NCBI GenBank assembly: GCA_965223425.1
Contig: OZ245003.1
Coordinates: forward strand, 2,336,001 to 2,400,000
Length of the DNA stretch: 64,000 bases
From: Nitrosopumilus sp.
Lineage (GTDB): Archaea; Thermoproteota; Nitrososphaeria; Nitrososphaerales; Nitrosopumilaceae
Direction: 5' to 3'
Below the pieces are notes generated by a model. That model made no database searches. It saw nothing but the letters and a program-made list of their open reading frames with translations, and was not told the DNA's origin. Below, piece by piece: positions 31,532-42,033 of the stretch; within the stretch, counting starts at the first letter, position 1, and the number at the start of each line of letters is the position of its first letter. The position numbers and the translations under genes were made by a program.

Positions 31532-31721
31532 ATGGATAAAACCTGTTGACTGTATGTCAGATCACAAAGTGAACAGCTAATATTTTCAACCAATTAACGG
31601 ATCACAGTTAACATGTTTCAAATATTCAAAATTCTATCCATATTTATCGGATTACAAAGTTAACACGTGAAAAAATTTGGAGAAAATTTGCATATCACGA
31701 GTTACCAACATTTTGGACAGA

Positions 31722-32084
31722 TTACATAAATTTACCAGTACCGGTTGCAGGGCCGTCATCCCCAATAAAGTTATGAAAACAGGACCGCTTTCCCATATGA
31801 CAGGCAGGACCAGAAGGCTCGACAAGATAAATTATCGCATCTGAGTCACAGTCAACCAGGATATCCTTAATCTTTTGGATGTTGCCTGATTCCTCGCCCT
31901 TCATCCAAAGCTTGTTTCTTGAACGGCTCCAGAACCAGGAGTTGCCAGTCTTTTTTGCAAGCTCAAGTGACTCTCTGTTAGCATAAGCCAGGGTTAAAAC
32001 ATCTTTTGTGTTTGCATCCTGGACAACTACCGGTACAAGGCCGCCGCTTTTCTCAAAATCTATATCGTCAACTGCCTTTTGCAT
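31722..32084 (-). CDS. hisI: Phosphoribosyl-AMP cyclohydrolase
   Basis: WSRSR..LWMKGEESG, DCDSD and ACH..SCF motifs. Confidence 0.95.
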   Translation of the reverse strand: MQKAVDDIDFEKSGGLVPVVVQDANTKDVLTLAYANRESLELAKKTGNSWFWSRSRNKLWMKGEESGNIQKIKDILVDCDSDAIIYLVEPSGPACHMGKRSCFHNFIGDDGPATGTGKFM

Positions 32085-32106
32085 GCTCTAAAACTGGAAA
32101 TAGGTC

Positions 32107-32910
32107 TTATAATCTTACAGGGATCTCTTTTTCTTTGAGGTGTGTTTTGACCCCCCTTACGCCATGGGTCCCATAGTGAAAGATGGATGCGGCCAAGGCA
32201 GCATCAGCGTTGGACTCTTTGAATACGCCGACCATGTCCTCAGGCCTTCCACATCCCCCGGATGCAACCACGGGAATGGAAACCGAGTCAACGACGGCTT
32301 TTGTAAGCAAGATGTCATAGCCGTCTTTTGTGCCGTCCTTATCAATGCTGGTAAGGAGGACTTCGCCGGCGCCAAGATTCTGTGCTTTTTTTGCCCATTG
32401 GATGGCATCAATCCCGGTTCCTTGCTTGCCGCCATAAATGAAGACCTCAAACCACAGGTTTTTCTTATTTTCTGAAAATACTGTCACACCGTCCTTGAGA
32501 TCATAGTTTCTTTTGGCATCAATTGCAACCACAATGCACTGGCGGCCAAACAGCCCCATCAGTTCAGTTATTACCTCTGGGTTCTTTATTGCCCCGGTGT
32601 TTATTCCGACCTTGTCAGCGCCGTTTAGGAGAATGTTCCTTGCATCCTCCAGTGATTTGACGCCGCCGCCTACGGTAAACGGGATGTCAATTACAGAGGC
32701 AACCTTCCGAACCAGGTCCTTGATGGTATCCCTTTGTTCGTCAGATGCGGTAATATCCAAAAAGACCAGCTCGTCGGCTCCCTCGTTGCTGTATCTTTCA
32801 GCAAGCTCTACAGGATCGCCTGCGTCTTTGATTGACTCAAAGCAAAGTCCCTTTACAACTCTGCCGTTTTTTACATCAAGACAGGGAATAACTCGCTTGG
32901 TCAGAGTCAT
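32107..32910 (-). CDS. hisF: Imidazole glycerol phosphate synthase cyclase subunit
   Basis: [27 protein letters not shown]. Confidence 0.97.
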   Translation of the reverse strand: MTLTKRVIPCLDVKNGRVVKGLCFESIKDAGDPVELAERYSNEGADELVFLDITASDEQRDTIKDLVRKVASVIDIPFTVGGGVKSLEDARNILLNGADKVGINTGAIKNPEVITELMGLFGRQCIVVAIDAKRNYDLKDGVTVFSENKKNLWFEVFIYGGKQGTGIDAIQWAKKAQNLGAGEVLLTSIDKDGTKDGYDILLTKAVVDSVSIPVVASGGCGRPEDMVGVFKESNADAALAASIFHYGTHGVRGVKTHLKEKEIPVRL

Positions 32911-33614
32911 GCGATCTTCTTTGCCTCCTCGACTGATATCTTGTTTTCATATAATGCCCTTCCCAAAATCACTCCATATGCGTTCTTTTCTTTTACGTCT
33001 TTGACATCACCCACGTTAGAGATGCCCCCGCTTGCAATCACGTTTGCGTTTGGCAGTCCGCATGTTTTCTCCAAAAATTCCAGATCAGGCCCTGCAAGGG
33101 TTCCATCGCGGCCAACGTCAGTCAGCAGGAACTCCGTAAATCCCATATCAAGAAAGCCGTTCACTGCATCAAGTAGCTTTATTCCGGTGTTTTTTTGCCA
33201 GCCATGGATAACTATCTTGCCGTCTTTGTGATCAACTGAGATTACAATTTTTTTGGCTCCAAATTCAGTTAGCAATGTCTTCAGCAGGGGCCTGTCATTG
33301 AAGGCCAGCGTTCCTAAAACCATTCTTTGGGAGATTTTTGCCACATCTGAGACTATGGATTTGTTCCTTAACCCTCCGGCAACCTCGACGGGGACAGAAA
33401 CAGAGTCAAGAATTTTTTTAACAGCAGACAGGTTAGACCCGAGTCCAAGTGCGGCATCCAGATCAACCAAATGAAGCATGTCAGCGCCTGCTGACTCCCA
33501 TCTTTTTGCAGTCTTGACGGGATCATCGCCATATACGGTTTTTTGACTGGGATCGCCTTTGTACAGTCGGACTACCTGGCCACCCATCAGATCAATAGCA
33601 GGGATTACTTTCAT
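32907..33614 (-). CDS. hisA: ProFAR isomerase
   Basis: IPAIDL, HLVDLD, TDVGRDGT. Confidence 0.95.
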   Translation of the reverse strand: MKVIPAIDLMGGQVVRLYKGDPSQKTVYGDDPVKTAKRWESAGADMLHLVDLDAALGLGSNLSAVKKILDSVSVPVEVAGGLRNKSIVSDVAKISQRMVLGTLAFNDRPLLKTLLTEFGAKKIVISVDHKDGKIVIHGWQKNTGIKLLDAVNGFLDMGFTEFLLTDVGRDGTLAGPDLEFLEKTCGLPNANVIASGGISNVGDVKDVKEKNAYGVILGRALYENKISVEEAKKIA

Positions 33615-34216
33615 CCTCTACACTCTTCAAGAAAGTTCTTTATCATCAGATTTCCAACCTGTCCGGATTTCTCAGGGTGGAACTGGGTTCCAAAAAAATT
33701 CCCATGCTCCACTACGGCAGGCACCTTAATCCCATAGTCAGACTCGGCAGTAACCACGTCATCAGATGCAGGCTTTACTCTGTATGAATGGACAAAGTAA
33801 ACCCAAGAACCGTTATCAACGCCCTCAAGAATTTTTCCGGGTTTTTTTATTTCAAGATCATTCCATCCCATGTGCGGCACCTTCATTGAAGGCGGAAGTA
33901 CAACCACTTCTCCATCAATTACGTTCAGTCCTTTTTCTTGGCCTTCCTCGCTTTTTTCAAAAAACATTTCCATTCCCAAACAGATTCCAAGAACGGGGGC
34001 ATCACCAACATAATCCAAGAATTGCGTCTTGGAGAAGTCTCTAATGCTGTGGATGGCAGGATCAAAGTTTCCCACGCCGGGAAGCAACAAGCCAGAGTAT
34101 GAGTTAGGTTTGTCAAAATCAGCAATCACATCAACTGTTGCCCCTGCCTTCTCAAGAGAGTTTTTCAGGCTGAAAATATTTCCAGCGCCATAATCAAAAA
34201 TTGCAACACCAGTCAT
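33611..34216 (-). CDS. hisH: Imidazole glycerol phosphate synthase glutaminase subunit
   Basis: PGVG, GICLG, PHMGWN, QFHPEKS. Confidence 0.97.
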   Translation of the reverse strand: MTGVAIFDYGAGNIFSLKNSLEKAGATVDVIADFDKPNSYSGLLLPGVGNFDPAIHSIRDFSKTQFLDYVGDAPVLGICLGMEMFFEKSEEGQEKGLNVIDGEVVVLPPSMKVPHMGWNDLEIKKPGKILEGVDNGSWVYFVHSYRVKPASDDVVTAESDYGIKVPAVVEHGNFFGTQFHPEKSGQVGNLMIKNFLEECRG

Positions 34217-34812
34217 TACATTGAACCTTTTGTGCTGGGAACTCCTTTTTGCTTTTTGTCTGTTGCAGATGCGTTTCTAAGTGCCACTGCAAGTGATTTG
34301 ATGGCCGCCTCAACTTTGTGGTGATCATTATCGCCATACTTTACAGTAAGGTGGATGCAGCTATTCAGGTTTTGCAGCAACGACTGGAAAAAATGCTCCA
34401 GATCTTCTTTGGACATATCCTCAATCTTGCTTCGCTTGATTGACAAGGCCAGCTTCCAGAATGGGCGTTTTACCAGATCAATTGAGGCCTCTGCAAGGGA
34501 CTCATCCATGGGAACAGACGCATAGCTAAACCTTGTCACACCGCTTCTGGAGCTTAATGCCTTGTCAATTGCTTGCCCTACTGTAATTGCAGCATCCTCA
34601 ATAAGGTGATGTTTGATTCCGTCGTTTGATTTGGCAGTAACTTTCAGATCCATCATGCCATGTTTTCCAAAAGATACAATCAGGTGATCAAGAAAATTAA
34701 TGCCTGTTTTAACGCTTGCTTTTCCAGTTCCATCCATGTTTACAGATACCTGGACGCTGGTCTCCTTGGTGCTTCGTTTGATTGAAGTTTTTCGCGGTGC
34801 CATATCTCTCAC
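34216..34812 (-). CDS. hisB: Imidazoleglycerol-phosphate dehydratase
   Basis: [23 protein letters not shown]. Confidence 0.95.
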   Translation of the reverse strand: MRDMAPRKTSIKRSTKETSVQVSVNMDGTGKASVKTGINFLDHLIVSFGKHGMMDLKVTAKSNDGIKHHLIEDAAITVGQAIDKALSSRSGVTRFSYASVPMDESLAEASIDLVKRPFWKLALSIKRSKIEDMSKEDLEHFFQSLLQNLNSCIHLTVKYGDNDHHKVEAAIKSLAVALRNASATDKKQKGVPSTKGSM

Positions 34813-35163
34813 AGGTATGTTGTCTGCTTTGTTCTAAATTTAATACTTTTTACGTATGGTTTATCAGGAATGAGGCATCTAGAAATGGCCTTGCTCATTT
34901 ATGGGATCAAAATATTGTGATTTAAGACCTTTTGATTGCAAGTTGGGCACAGAATGCAACATATCACACATGCTGGATATCGCTATCAATCAATTCTTAT
35001 CATTGGGGTCTCGATTACACAATATGCGTTCCCTGATATGATCATCCTAGTTCCTCTATGGTTTCCTGTCATGCGTATTAGTTTTTCACTGTTCTTTTTT
35101 CTGAACTGACATGCAATACGTTCGCCTATTATGGAATCATTTGTGTTATAATGAACTGACATA

Positions 35164-35571
35164 CTATCCTAACTTTTCAACAATTTGTTTATTTTCTTTT
35201 AATTCAGACATTACATCCATCACTATTTTTAGATCTAAGTTATGTTCATTAGCTATGTCGCTTGGATAAAATACCTGACCAACACTGATTTCTTTTAATA
35301 TTATTCTCTTTACATTTTCTTTATCCAAGTCAAAATTATCTTCACCGTTGTTTTCTTGGATCTGATCTAAACCATGACTTTCTATCATACGTTGTACTTT
35401 ATCCTGTTTTTTTAATACTCTTTCTAATAAATCATATAATTCGCTAACTAGATAAACAAAATTATTTGAATTAGTAGATGAGGTATTTTGAAATTCTTTT
35501 TTTATATATTCTAATCTTTGTATGTCTTGTTCGTATTCTACTTCATGTTTATCTATAGATATTTTTGTCAT
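35164..35571 (-). CDS. Hypothetical protein with coiled coil and C-terminal wHTH
   Basis: YPSDIANEHNLDLKIVMDVMSEL resembles an HTH. Confidence 0.55.
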   Translation of the reverse strand: MTKISIDKHEVEYEQDIQRLEYIKKEFQNTSSTNSNNFVYLVSELYDLLERVLKKQDKVQRMIESHGLDQIQENNGEDNFDLDKENVKRIILKEISVGQVFYPSDIANEHNLDLKIVMDVMSELKENKQIVEKLG

Positions 35572-35574
35572 ATT

Positions 35575-35985
35575 TCATCTATCTCTAACCAAACGTCGTG
35601 GAAATTTTGGTGGAACGTCATAATTCTGCCGCACATTCAACTGATGTTGTGTTGTAATATAACGTAATTGTTTGAGACTTTTATATAATTTACTAGGATC
35701 TTTTGTGTTGTATGTATCTGCCAAGGAATTCATCTTCTCTGCTATGTCTGAGTTGATTTTACTTCTAATTTCCTTTGGAATTTGATATTCAATAGATATC
35801 TCCTCTAAATTCGTAAATACACCTTCTAAAATTTCACTTATGAATACCTCATCTTCTAATTCTAAATTCCATGCAAAATTTACTAAATCATGTGCAATCC
35901 TACTACATACAGAATAATTTGCATTTTCAAGATTTTTTTGTACATCTTTAAACCTATCAGTAAATATTATGTTTACATCTTTCAT
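35575..35985 (-). CDS. Hypothetical helical protein, paralog of 37184-37600
   Basis: Shares MKD..IF, AN...CS.I..DL, FISEILE..F and RLVR with 37184-37600. Confidence 0.7.
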   Translation of the reverse strand: MKDVNIIFTDRFKDVQKNLENANYSVCSRIAHDLVNFAWNLELEDEVFISEILEGVFTNLEEISIEYQIPKEIRSKINSDIAEKMNSLADTYNTKDPSKLYKSLKQLRYITTQHQLNVRQNYDVPPKFPRRLVRDR

Positions 35986-36101
35986 TTATTCAATATGATT
36001 CCTTCATTTATAATATAAATATGATGATCTAAGGTTCTGTTTCGTCATCGGTAGTTTTCTCCGTGTTACTCTTCGGTTGCTGATAATTTTCTAAATTTAG
36101 A

Positions 36102-36761
36102 CTATTTTATTTTACTTGGGTGTGGAATTATAGCAAATTTTATTGATTTAAAATCTGGATCATTACTTAATGATTTGAACGATGTATCTGATGTATAAAA
36201 TGTCGATGATTTCCCATATTTAGCCAGATATGCATGTTCTAAATCCACATATCCCAAACCTTTGTATTGATATTTTTGAGTTGGCTCAAATGTTTCATTA
36301 CATTTTGGACATTCTAATTTAGAGTCACGTGGAACAAATCCCTCATTACACTGTGAACACACACTCATTACACGAATATATCCAAAATAATTTTGTAATT
36401 TCTTTAGAATTATGCTTTGATGTTCAGAAATTGTTTCACGTGGTCTAATTATCAAAATTTTTCTTGCCTTTGAATATTCATTAATTTTTTTAATAAAATC
36501 TATTATTTTTTGTTCCACGATGGGCTTTTTTGAATCACATTCTTCTCTCGTCCCACCAGAAAAATCTGTTCTTTTGGGCATTTTTTTCCTCATTGTGTCG
36601 ATAACTTCTAACAATAATGTGTACGACACTACCGCAATTTTTTTACCGGATTCAAGATTGTCTATGAGAGGTTTACATAATGGAAAATAATCATCTTTGT
36701 CTCCCAACATATACCCGACCCAAACGTTGGTGTCGTAATATACTAATTTATCAGGAGTTAT
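36102..36761 (-). CDS. PIN-domain protein with inserted Zn ribbon
   Basis: In-frame YYDTNV upstream of the first ATG, then LLEVID, CSQC..CPKC, VDLEH and FYTSD. Confidence 0.7.
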   Translation of the reverse strand: MTPDKLVYYDTNVWVGYMLGDKDDYFPLCKPLIDNLESGKKIAVVSYTLLLEVIDTMRKKMPKRTDFSGGTREECDSKKPIVEQKIIDFIKKINEYSKARKILIIRPRETISEHQSIILKKLQNYFGYIRVMSVCSQCNEGFVPRDSKLECPKCNETFEPTQKYQYKGLGYVDLEHAYLAKYGKSSTFYTSDTSFKSLSNDPDFKSIKFAIIPHPSKIK

Positions 36762-37182
36762 CTCTGACAGATCGAACCATCTCTAAAGAATTTTCATTTT
36801 TATCTACAAATTCACTTAATAGTCCTTCTAATGAGATAGACTCTTCTGAGTTATCTACTTCAAAAATATTCTCTAATTCCATTCTACTAATTTCATTCTG
36901 ATCTAAAAGATTTTGAATTTTATATTCTTCAGGTTTCTCTTCTAATTTTAAAATTTTTTCTTCTAATCGATTCATTTTCAAAGTTAGTTCTTGAATCAAA
37001 TCATTTGCAAAATAATCACCAATATTAATTTGTGTAAATTTACCCTCTTCTGTTTCTAAATACAAAATGTCGTTTTGTTTTGGGCTAGATATAACAGATG
37101 ATGTTTTTTTTCCATATTTTTGTCCAGATATATTTTCTTCAATATCTCTATCTTCTGGAAATGGTTTATCCGTTATTACCAT
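36751..37182 (-). CDS. Hypothetical protein, putative antitoxin
   Basis: Acidic coiled-coil protein overlapping the PIN gene; C-terminus SLEMVRSVRD is VapB-like. Confidence 0.55.
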   Translation of the reverse strand: MVITDKPFPEDRDIEENISGQKYGKKTSSVISSPKQNDILYLETEEGKFTQINIGDYFANDLIQELTLKMNRLEEKILKLEEKPEEYKIQNLLDQNEISRMELENIFEVDNSEESISLEGLLSEFVDKNENSLEMVRSVRDNS

Positions 37183-37183
37183 A

Positions 37184-37600
37184 TCATACTACCTCTCTTC
37201 TTACCAATCGCTTTGGCTCTGACTGTGTTCTTTTAAGAATATTCCAACATTTGAATTGAAGTAAAGTTGTCATCGAACGTAATTCTTTAAGAATTTCATA
37301 TATCTGTTCCTTATTGTCATTTCTATATGATTTAGAAAGTAAAGATATTTGCTCATGTAATTTTGCAATAATTGACGTTCGTTCATCTTTTGGAATATCA
37401 TATCCCTCTAGAAGTGGTGCGATTTGTTCAAAAATAGATTCAAGTATTTCTGAAATAAAAATTCCATCTTTATATTCAGCCATTGTGGACAATCTAATCA
37501 AATCTACAGAAATGTTAGAACAATTTTTGAAATTGGCTTGATCAACCATTTCTAATAAATTTTCCAATTGTTCATCAAAAATTTGACAAATATCCTTCAA
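37184..37600 (-). CDS. Hypothetical helical protein, paralog of 35575-35985
   Basis: Shared motifs with 35575-35985; 1-bp spacing to the downstream gene. Confidence 0.7.
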   Translation of the reverse strand: MKDICQIFDEQLENLLEMVDQANFKNCSNISVDLIRLSTMAEYKDGIFISEILESIFEQIAPLLEGYDIPKDERTSIIAKLHEQISLLSKSYRNDNKEQIYEILKELRSMTTLLQFKCWNILKRTQSEPKRLVRREVV

Positions 37601-37639
37601 GATATTTTTTCTCCCTCTTCTATGTTATTAAATATGTGT

Positions 37640-39012
37640 AATCTTATGTGCCCCGATCAAGGAAATCAGATGATAAGAGTGGTTCTGGTTCAGAAAACAG
37701 AGCCGGTACTGCAAGGATCAGAAATGCAAACAAACACACAACCCCAGATCCGAGGATATGCATGTCAGCTGTCTTTGTCGGCCTGGATGTCCACAAGAAG
37801 ACCATCCAGATGTCAGTCATGGATGAAAACGGCGAGGAACTGCTCAACAAAGAGATAGCAAACACAGCCAAAGACATCAGGTACAACATAGGCTGTTTGC
37901 ACAAGGACTCTAAGCTTGTGATGGAATCCTCGTCTGTCTGGAAGGCGCCGTTCTTTCAGATAAGAGACGAGCTAAGCATGGACGTGTCGCTGTCAAACCC
38001 GTACACCACCAAGCTCATAGCAGAGTCCAAAAAGAAGACTGACAAGGTGGATGCCAGAATTCTGGCAGACATGCACAGGGGAGGATACATAGTATCGTGC
38101 CACGTACCCACGTTGCAGAACATGAACAACAGGGACCTGGTGAATTACCGGCACAACCTGGTACGCCACAGGACAGGACTGAAGAACTCCATACACGGCA
38201 TACTGCTGCAGAGATCGATTCGGCCTGACGGCAAGCCGTTTTGCGGGCCATGGATTGCGCAGGTTCGAAAGATAAGCGACTATAGGATAGACTCGTACCT
38301 GGACACGATAAACAGCATAAACGACAAGATACTCCAGTCAGATGCAAGGGTGCGCCAGGCAGCAAAGGAGAACGAGGATGCAACTCTGCTGCAGACCGTT
38401 CCGGGTGTCGGGGCATACTCTGCACTGGTCATTGCATGTACAATAGACGGCATAGGAAGGTTCGTCAACTCGCACAAGCTGTGCTCTTATGTCGGCGTTG
38501 TTCCGTCTGTGAGATCCTCCGGCGAGTCCGTACACTATGGACACATAACGCACCATGGAAGCAGCATATGCAGGTGGGTTCTGACAGAGAGTGCGTCTTG
38601 TCGCATGTAAGGTATGCCCCCGAGTCTGACATTTCGATATTCTACAAGAGGCTTGCAAAGAGGAGGGGCAAGGGACGTGCATCAGTGGCTGCTGCCTCAA
38701 AGCTGCTGCGAGTCATTTACCGTATGCTCAAGGAGAGAAGGGCGTTTGTTACAAATTACAGTCAGGATGCCAATTGCGATGAACTCGTTGAGGGACAGAC
38801 CTAGTAGTCTGTATGCCTCGCCTTGTAATTGCATTATACCCTGATAAAAGAATGGAGAATGATACTGAGGGATTGCCTCCGTGGTTGCCTCGGATGGATA
38901 ACTGTTCGCCTCTTTGTTGTCTTGGGCCTTTGCGGTCTGGAAATAATCCTAGCTTGTGCCGTACCTGTCAGGATGAAAAATGTTGGGAATTCTTATAAGG
39001 ATGGCACATGGA
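37640..39012 (+). mobile_element. IS110/IS1111-family element with frameshifted transposase
   Basis: VGLDVHK (start ~37762), KTDKVDA, VPGVG and SSG motifs; an extra AG at ~38585 breaks the frame; sub-terminal IR ATGTGCC (37646) / GGCACAT (39003). Confidence 0.85.
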
Positions 39013-39020
39013 TACGTGTT

Positions 39021-40268
39021 CAGCTAAGCGAAATCTGCTCTAATTCGGGCCAAATCGGCTACAAAATGCAAACAGATCAATGAGGGTACGACCCCATGAT
39101 TTCTGTTGTTGATACAAAAAACCAGACAGAGCCGCGAACTGTTAAACAATCCACGCATATATGAAGATGTTGCAGACGGCGCCAAAAACATGCTTGCATG
39201 CGCCAACACATCAGACAGGTACAACGCAACGTTTGGACCAGATGATCTGAACTGCGGCATGCTAAAGGCTGCCACCATGGATTCCTCTGTGGGCGGATGC
39301 GCAAAGGCGCAAAGGCGCAAAGGTTGCGATACCCCGTCTGACAGGTGGATTGCATCGGCAATCAGGGGAATTGAGCAGGATGCAATCCAGCACACGCTTG
39401 AAGGCCAGATAGCAAGGCATCTTGAAACCCTCAAAAGACTGGGCAGGTTTCCAAAAAAAGGACTGGACATAGCAATCGATATGCACCTCATACCGCGCTA
39501 TGACAGGGTACTGGAAAAGGGGGGAGATGACACGTTCCAAATACAAGAACGGAACCAAATACTTCGCGTTACATGTCCAGTGCGTAAATGACAAGATGCG
39601 TATCGTTCTTGCCGCATCATGCCTGAAGATGCTTGAATCCGTGCCTGATTACGCGGATGCTGTCCTCAAAACCATGACAGAGATGGGGGCATCAGGACAT
39701 CCGGCGTTGCTTGACTGTGAGTTCTTCTCAGTTGATGCGATAGACAGGCTGCAGGAAAACAACGTAAAGTTTCTGATGCCGTGCAGGAACACGTACAACG
39801 TGGTGGCAGCCCTGCAAGAGTTTGCACAGGAGAAAAGAGGAAAGATCTCAAGGAACGTAATTGAAAACAACCTGGGTTCTGCTGCCAAATACTCTATGAT
39901 AACAACTGACAGAAAAAAGGCCAAAGACTCTGATGACCCGGAAGGAGGTATACATCGGGTTTGCAACAAACCATCCTGCAGTCAAGACTGAGGTCTATGC
40001 CAAAAGATGGGGGATAAAGATGAGTACGGCAAAATCGAGGAGTGCAGGGCCAAGACACGAATCACAGACATGGAATCGCAGATGCTGTGCTTTTGCCATT
40101 CCCTGGTATTGTAAAATGGATGGGTGATTGTCAGGGCAATGCTTTCTGATGGCACTGAAAGGCAGTGCCATGACCATGCTGACGTTTAGGGTGCAGCTGG
40201 AATCGCTTCCCATACGCCAGTCCAAACCGCCTACATGATCTCAGGCTTTGGCACACTTCGCTTAGCTG
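39021..40268 (+). mobile_element. ISH3-family element with degraded transposase
   Basis: TIRs CAGCTAAGCGAA / TTCGCTTAGCTG; IAIDMH, LLDCEFFS and YAKRWGI motifs spread over three frames. Confidence 0.85.
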
Positions 40269-40345
40269 GTACAACAATAAGATATAAAATTCCTAAACGG
40301 GCCAATGGTCATAAATAACATAATAACTACCAGCTATTATCTAAA

Positions 40346-40945
40346 ATGCTTGATTGTAAGTTCTTAAGACAAGGCGGAGATAAAATGGACACTAGATTTA
40401 CAAACGAAGGTGTTGCCTTGTCATTAATCAAAAAAGCCACCAAATATGAAGGAGCAGAAAACAGGGGAATTCGCGGGAAAAAAGCATTGCACAAGAGTCT
40501 TTATTTTTTAAACCAAACCCACACTCTTTTCAGTTTTCGCTGGGCCGATTACGGGCCATTTTGTGGGGAAATCCAACAGATTGCTGACCGATTAGTTGCA
40601 AGCGGAAACGTAAAAGTCGATGAAATTAAAACAAAGAAAAAAGGTGCTGTTATCCAAAATTTACAATTTTCTGGGAATGATTCTATTGAAATTAATATTC
40701 CTTCTGAAATTGATAGCAACCTAGATGAGATTGTCAGGTTTGTAGCAGGAAAGAGTCCAAGAGACTTGGAGCTTTTAGCATCTGTACATTTTTGGGCTGT
40801 AAAACAAAAAATATTATTTGGCGAGTATTCGGCCGGTTATGTTTTTGAAAAATTATCTGAATTAAAACCGGATGCAAGATTTGTACTAGGCGATGTAACA
40901 AATGCCATTGAAACTCTTCAGACACATGATTTTTTGACAAGATAA
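40346..40945 (+). CDS. YwgA/Panacea-like protein
   Basis: GKKALHKSLYFL..FRWADYGPF..LELLASVHF; similar to 27515-28045. Confidence 0.7.
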   Translation: MLDCKFLRQGGDKMDTRFTNEGVALSLIKKATKYEGAENRGIRGKKALHKSLYFLNQTHTLFSFRWADYGPFCGEIQQIADRLVASGNVKVDEIKTKKKGAVIQNLQFSGNDSIEINIPSEIDSNLDEIVRFVAGKSPRDLELLASVHFWAVKQKILFGEYSAGYVFEKLSELKPDARFVLGDVTNAIETLQTHDFLTR

Positions 40946-41275
40946 TTTCAACATAATTGCACAACGGTTGCATGTTCAGTATTCAAACTTTTCATGTTCT
41001 CTAATTGAACAGCATCTTGAATGGTTCGAGTTTGGAACACCCATGTAAACATCCGTATCTATCCTCTGCAATTATTTCCTTGATGTTAATTCCAAATTGT
41101 ACCTTGTTGCATGCTGATTTTCTCAAGCTTTTTCTGATACAGTTCCTCTTTTCGGGTCTGGTAAATTGTGCTCGAATCATCAAAATTTAACAGGTCTCGC
41201 CGGCTCAAACTTGTGGCATTGATGTTTAAAATAAACAGCAAGCAGTTAGCAGCGATTCAAAAGGCCAGTGAGAAT

Positions 41276-41653
41276 CTAACGGGTAAAATTCAGGGGTGGC
41301 TCATATACCCCAAGTAGCAGACATTCACTAAAGTGCCTTTCCCGATAGTCATCAATTCTGATGTATTTTAATTTGTAATTGTGTATGTTCTGCGATAATT
41401 CAGAACGCCTTTTTATTTTACTGCAAAAACAACCGGTTCCAATTCCAATCATGTGTTCTTCTATCCTGCCTTTCAAAGAATTTGTATTGCCTATGTAAAA
41501 CAGATTATTTCCATTTGTGGAATAGATCAGATAAACAGCAGGAAAGTCAAATCTATCATTTTTGGCAACATGACTCAGTGTATGAAATTTAGTTTTGTCT
41601 ATAATTGATCTCATTCTAGTATAATCAACCATTAACAACTCAACATGAACCAT
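41276..41653 (-). CDS. GIY-YIG nuclease
   Basis: AVYLI..FYIGNTNSLKGRIEEH..E..PPLN. Confidence 0.8.
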   Translation of the reverse strand: MVHVELLMVDYTRMRSIIDKTKFHTLSHVAKNDRFDFPAVYLIYSTNGNNLFYIGNTNSLKGRIEEHMIGIGTGCFCSKIKRRSELSQNIHNYKLKYIRIDDYRERHFSECLLLGVYEPPLNFTR

Positions 41654-42033
41654 ATTGATAATATTTTCGAATAAATGGCAAGTGTTGATGAAAATTTACA
41701 TGCCACGATCCTTTACAGTCAACTAAAACTCGCCATGTCCATGATCCTAATGGATCGTATATGGCCTGATCCAGCAAGGCACACCAGAGAGTCTCCACAG
41801 TAGGACAAAGTGAATTCGATGCAGAATGAACAAAGACAGCATCACAAAAATTTGGATATTGCAAATTGCAGCTGTTGGTTTTACCATTGTATGTAGTGAC
41901 GTGCAAAAGTTCATCGGATCAAAAAAATCAGCCGGTGATCCATATTGATCAGAAATTGTTCCTTTAAGATCTTTTTGATCGTATTTTTTAAAAAAAAATT
42001 TTTTTGCTAGTATGCTCTTTCACGCTTAAAAAT

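Noticed and set aside
36033-36051. GGTTCTGTTTCGTCATCGG resembling the IS6-type TIR
   Set aside because: Three mismatches in 19 nt and no partner end were found.
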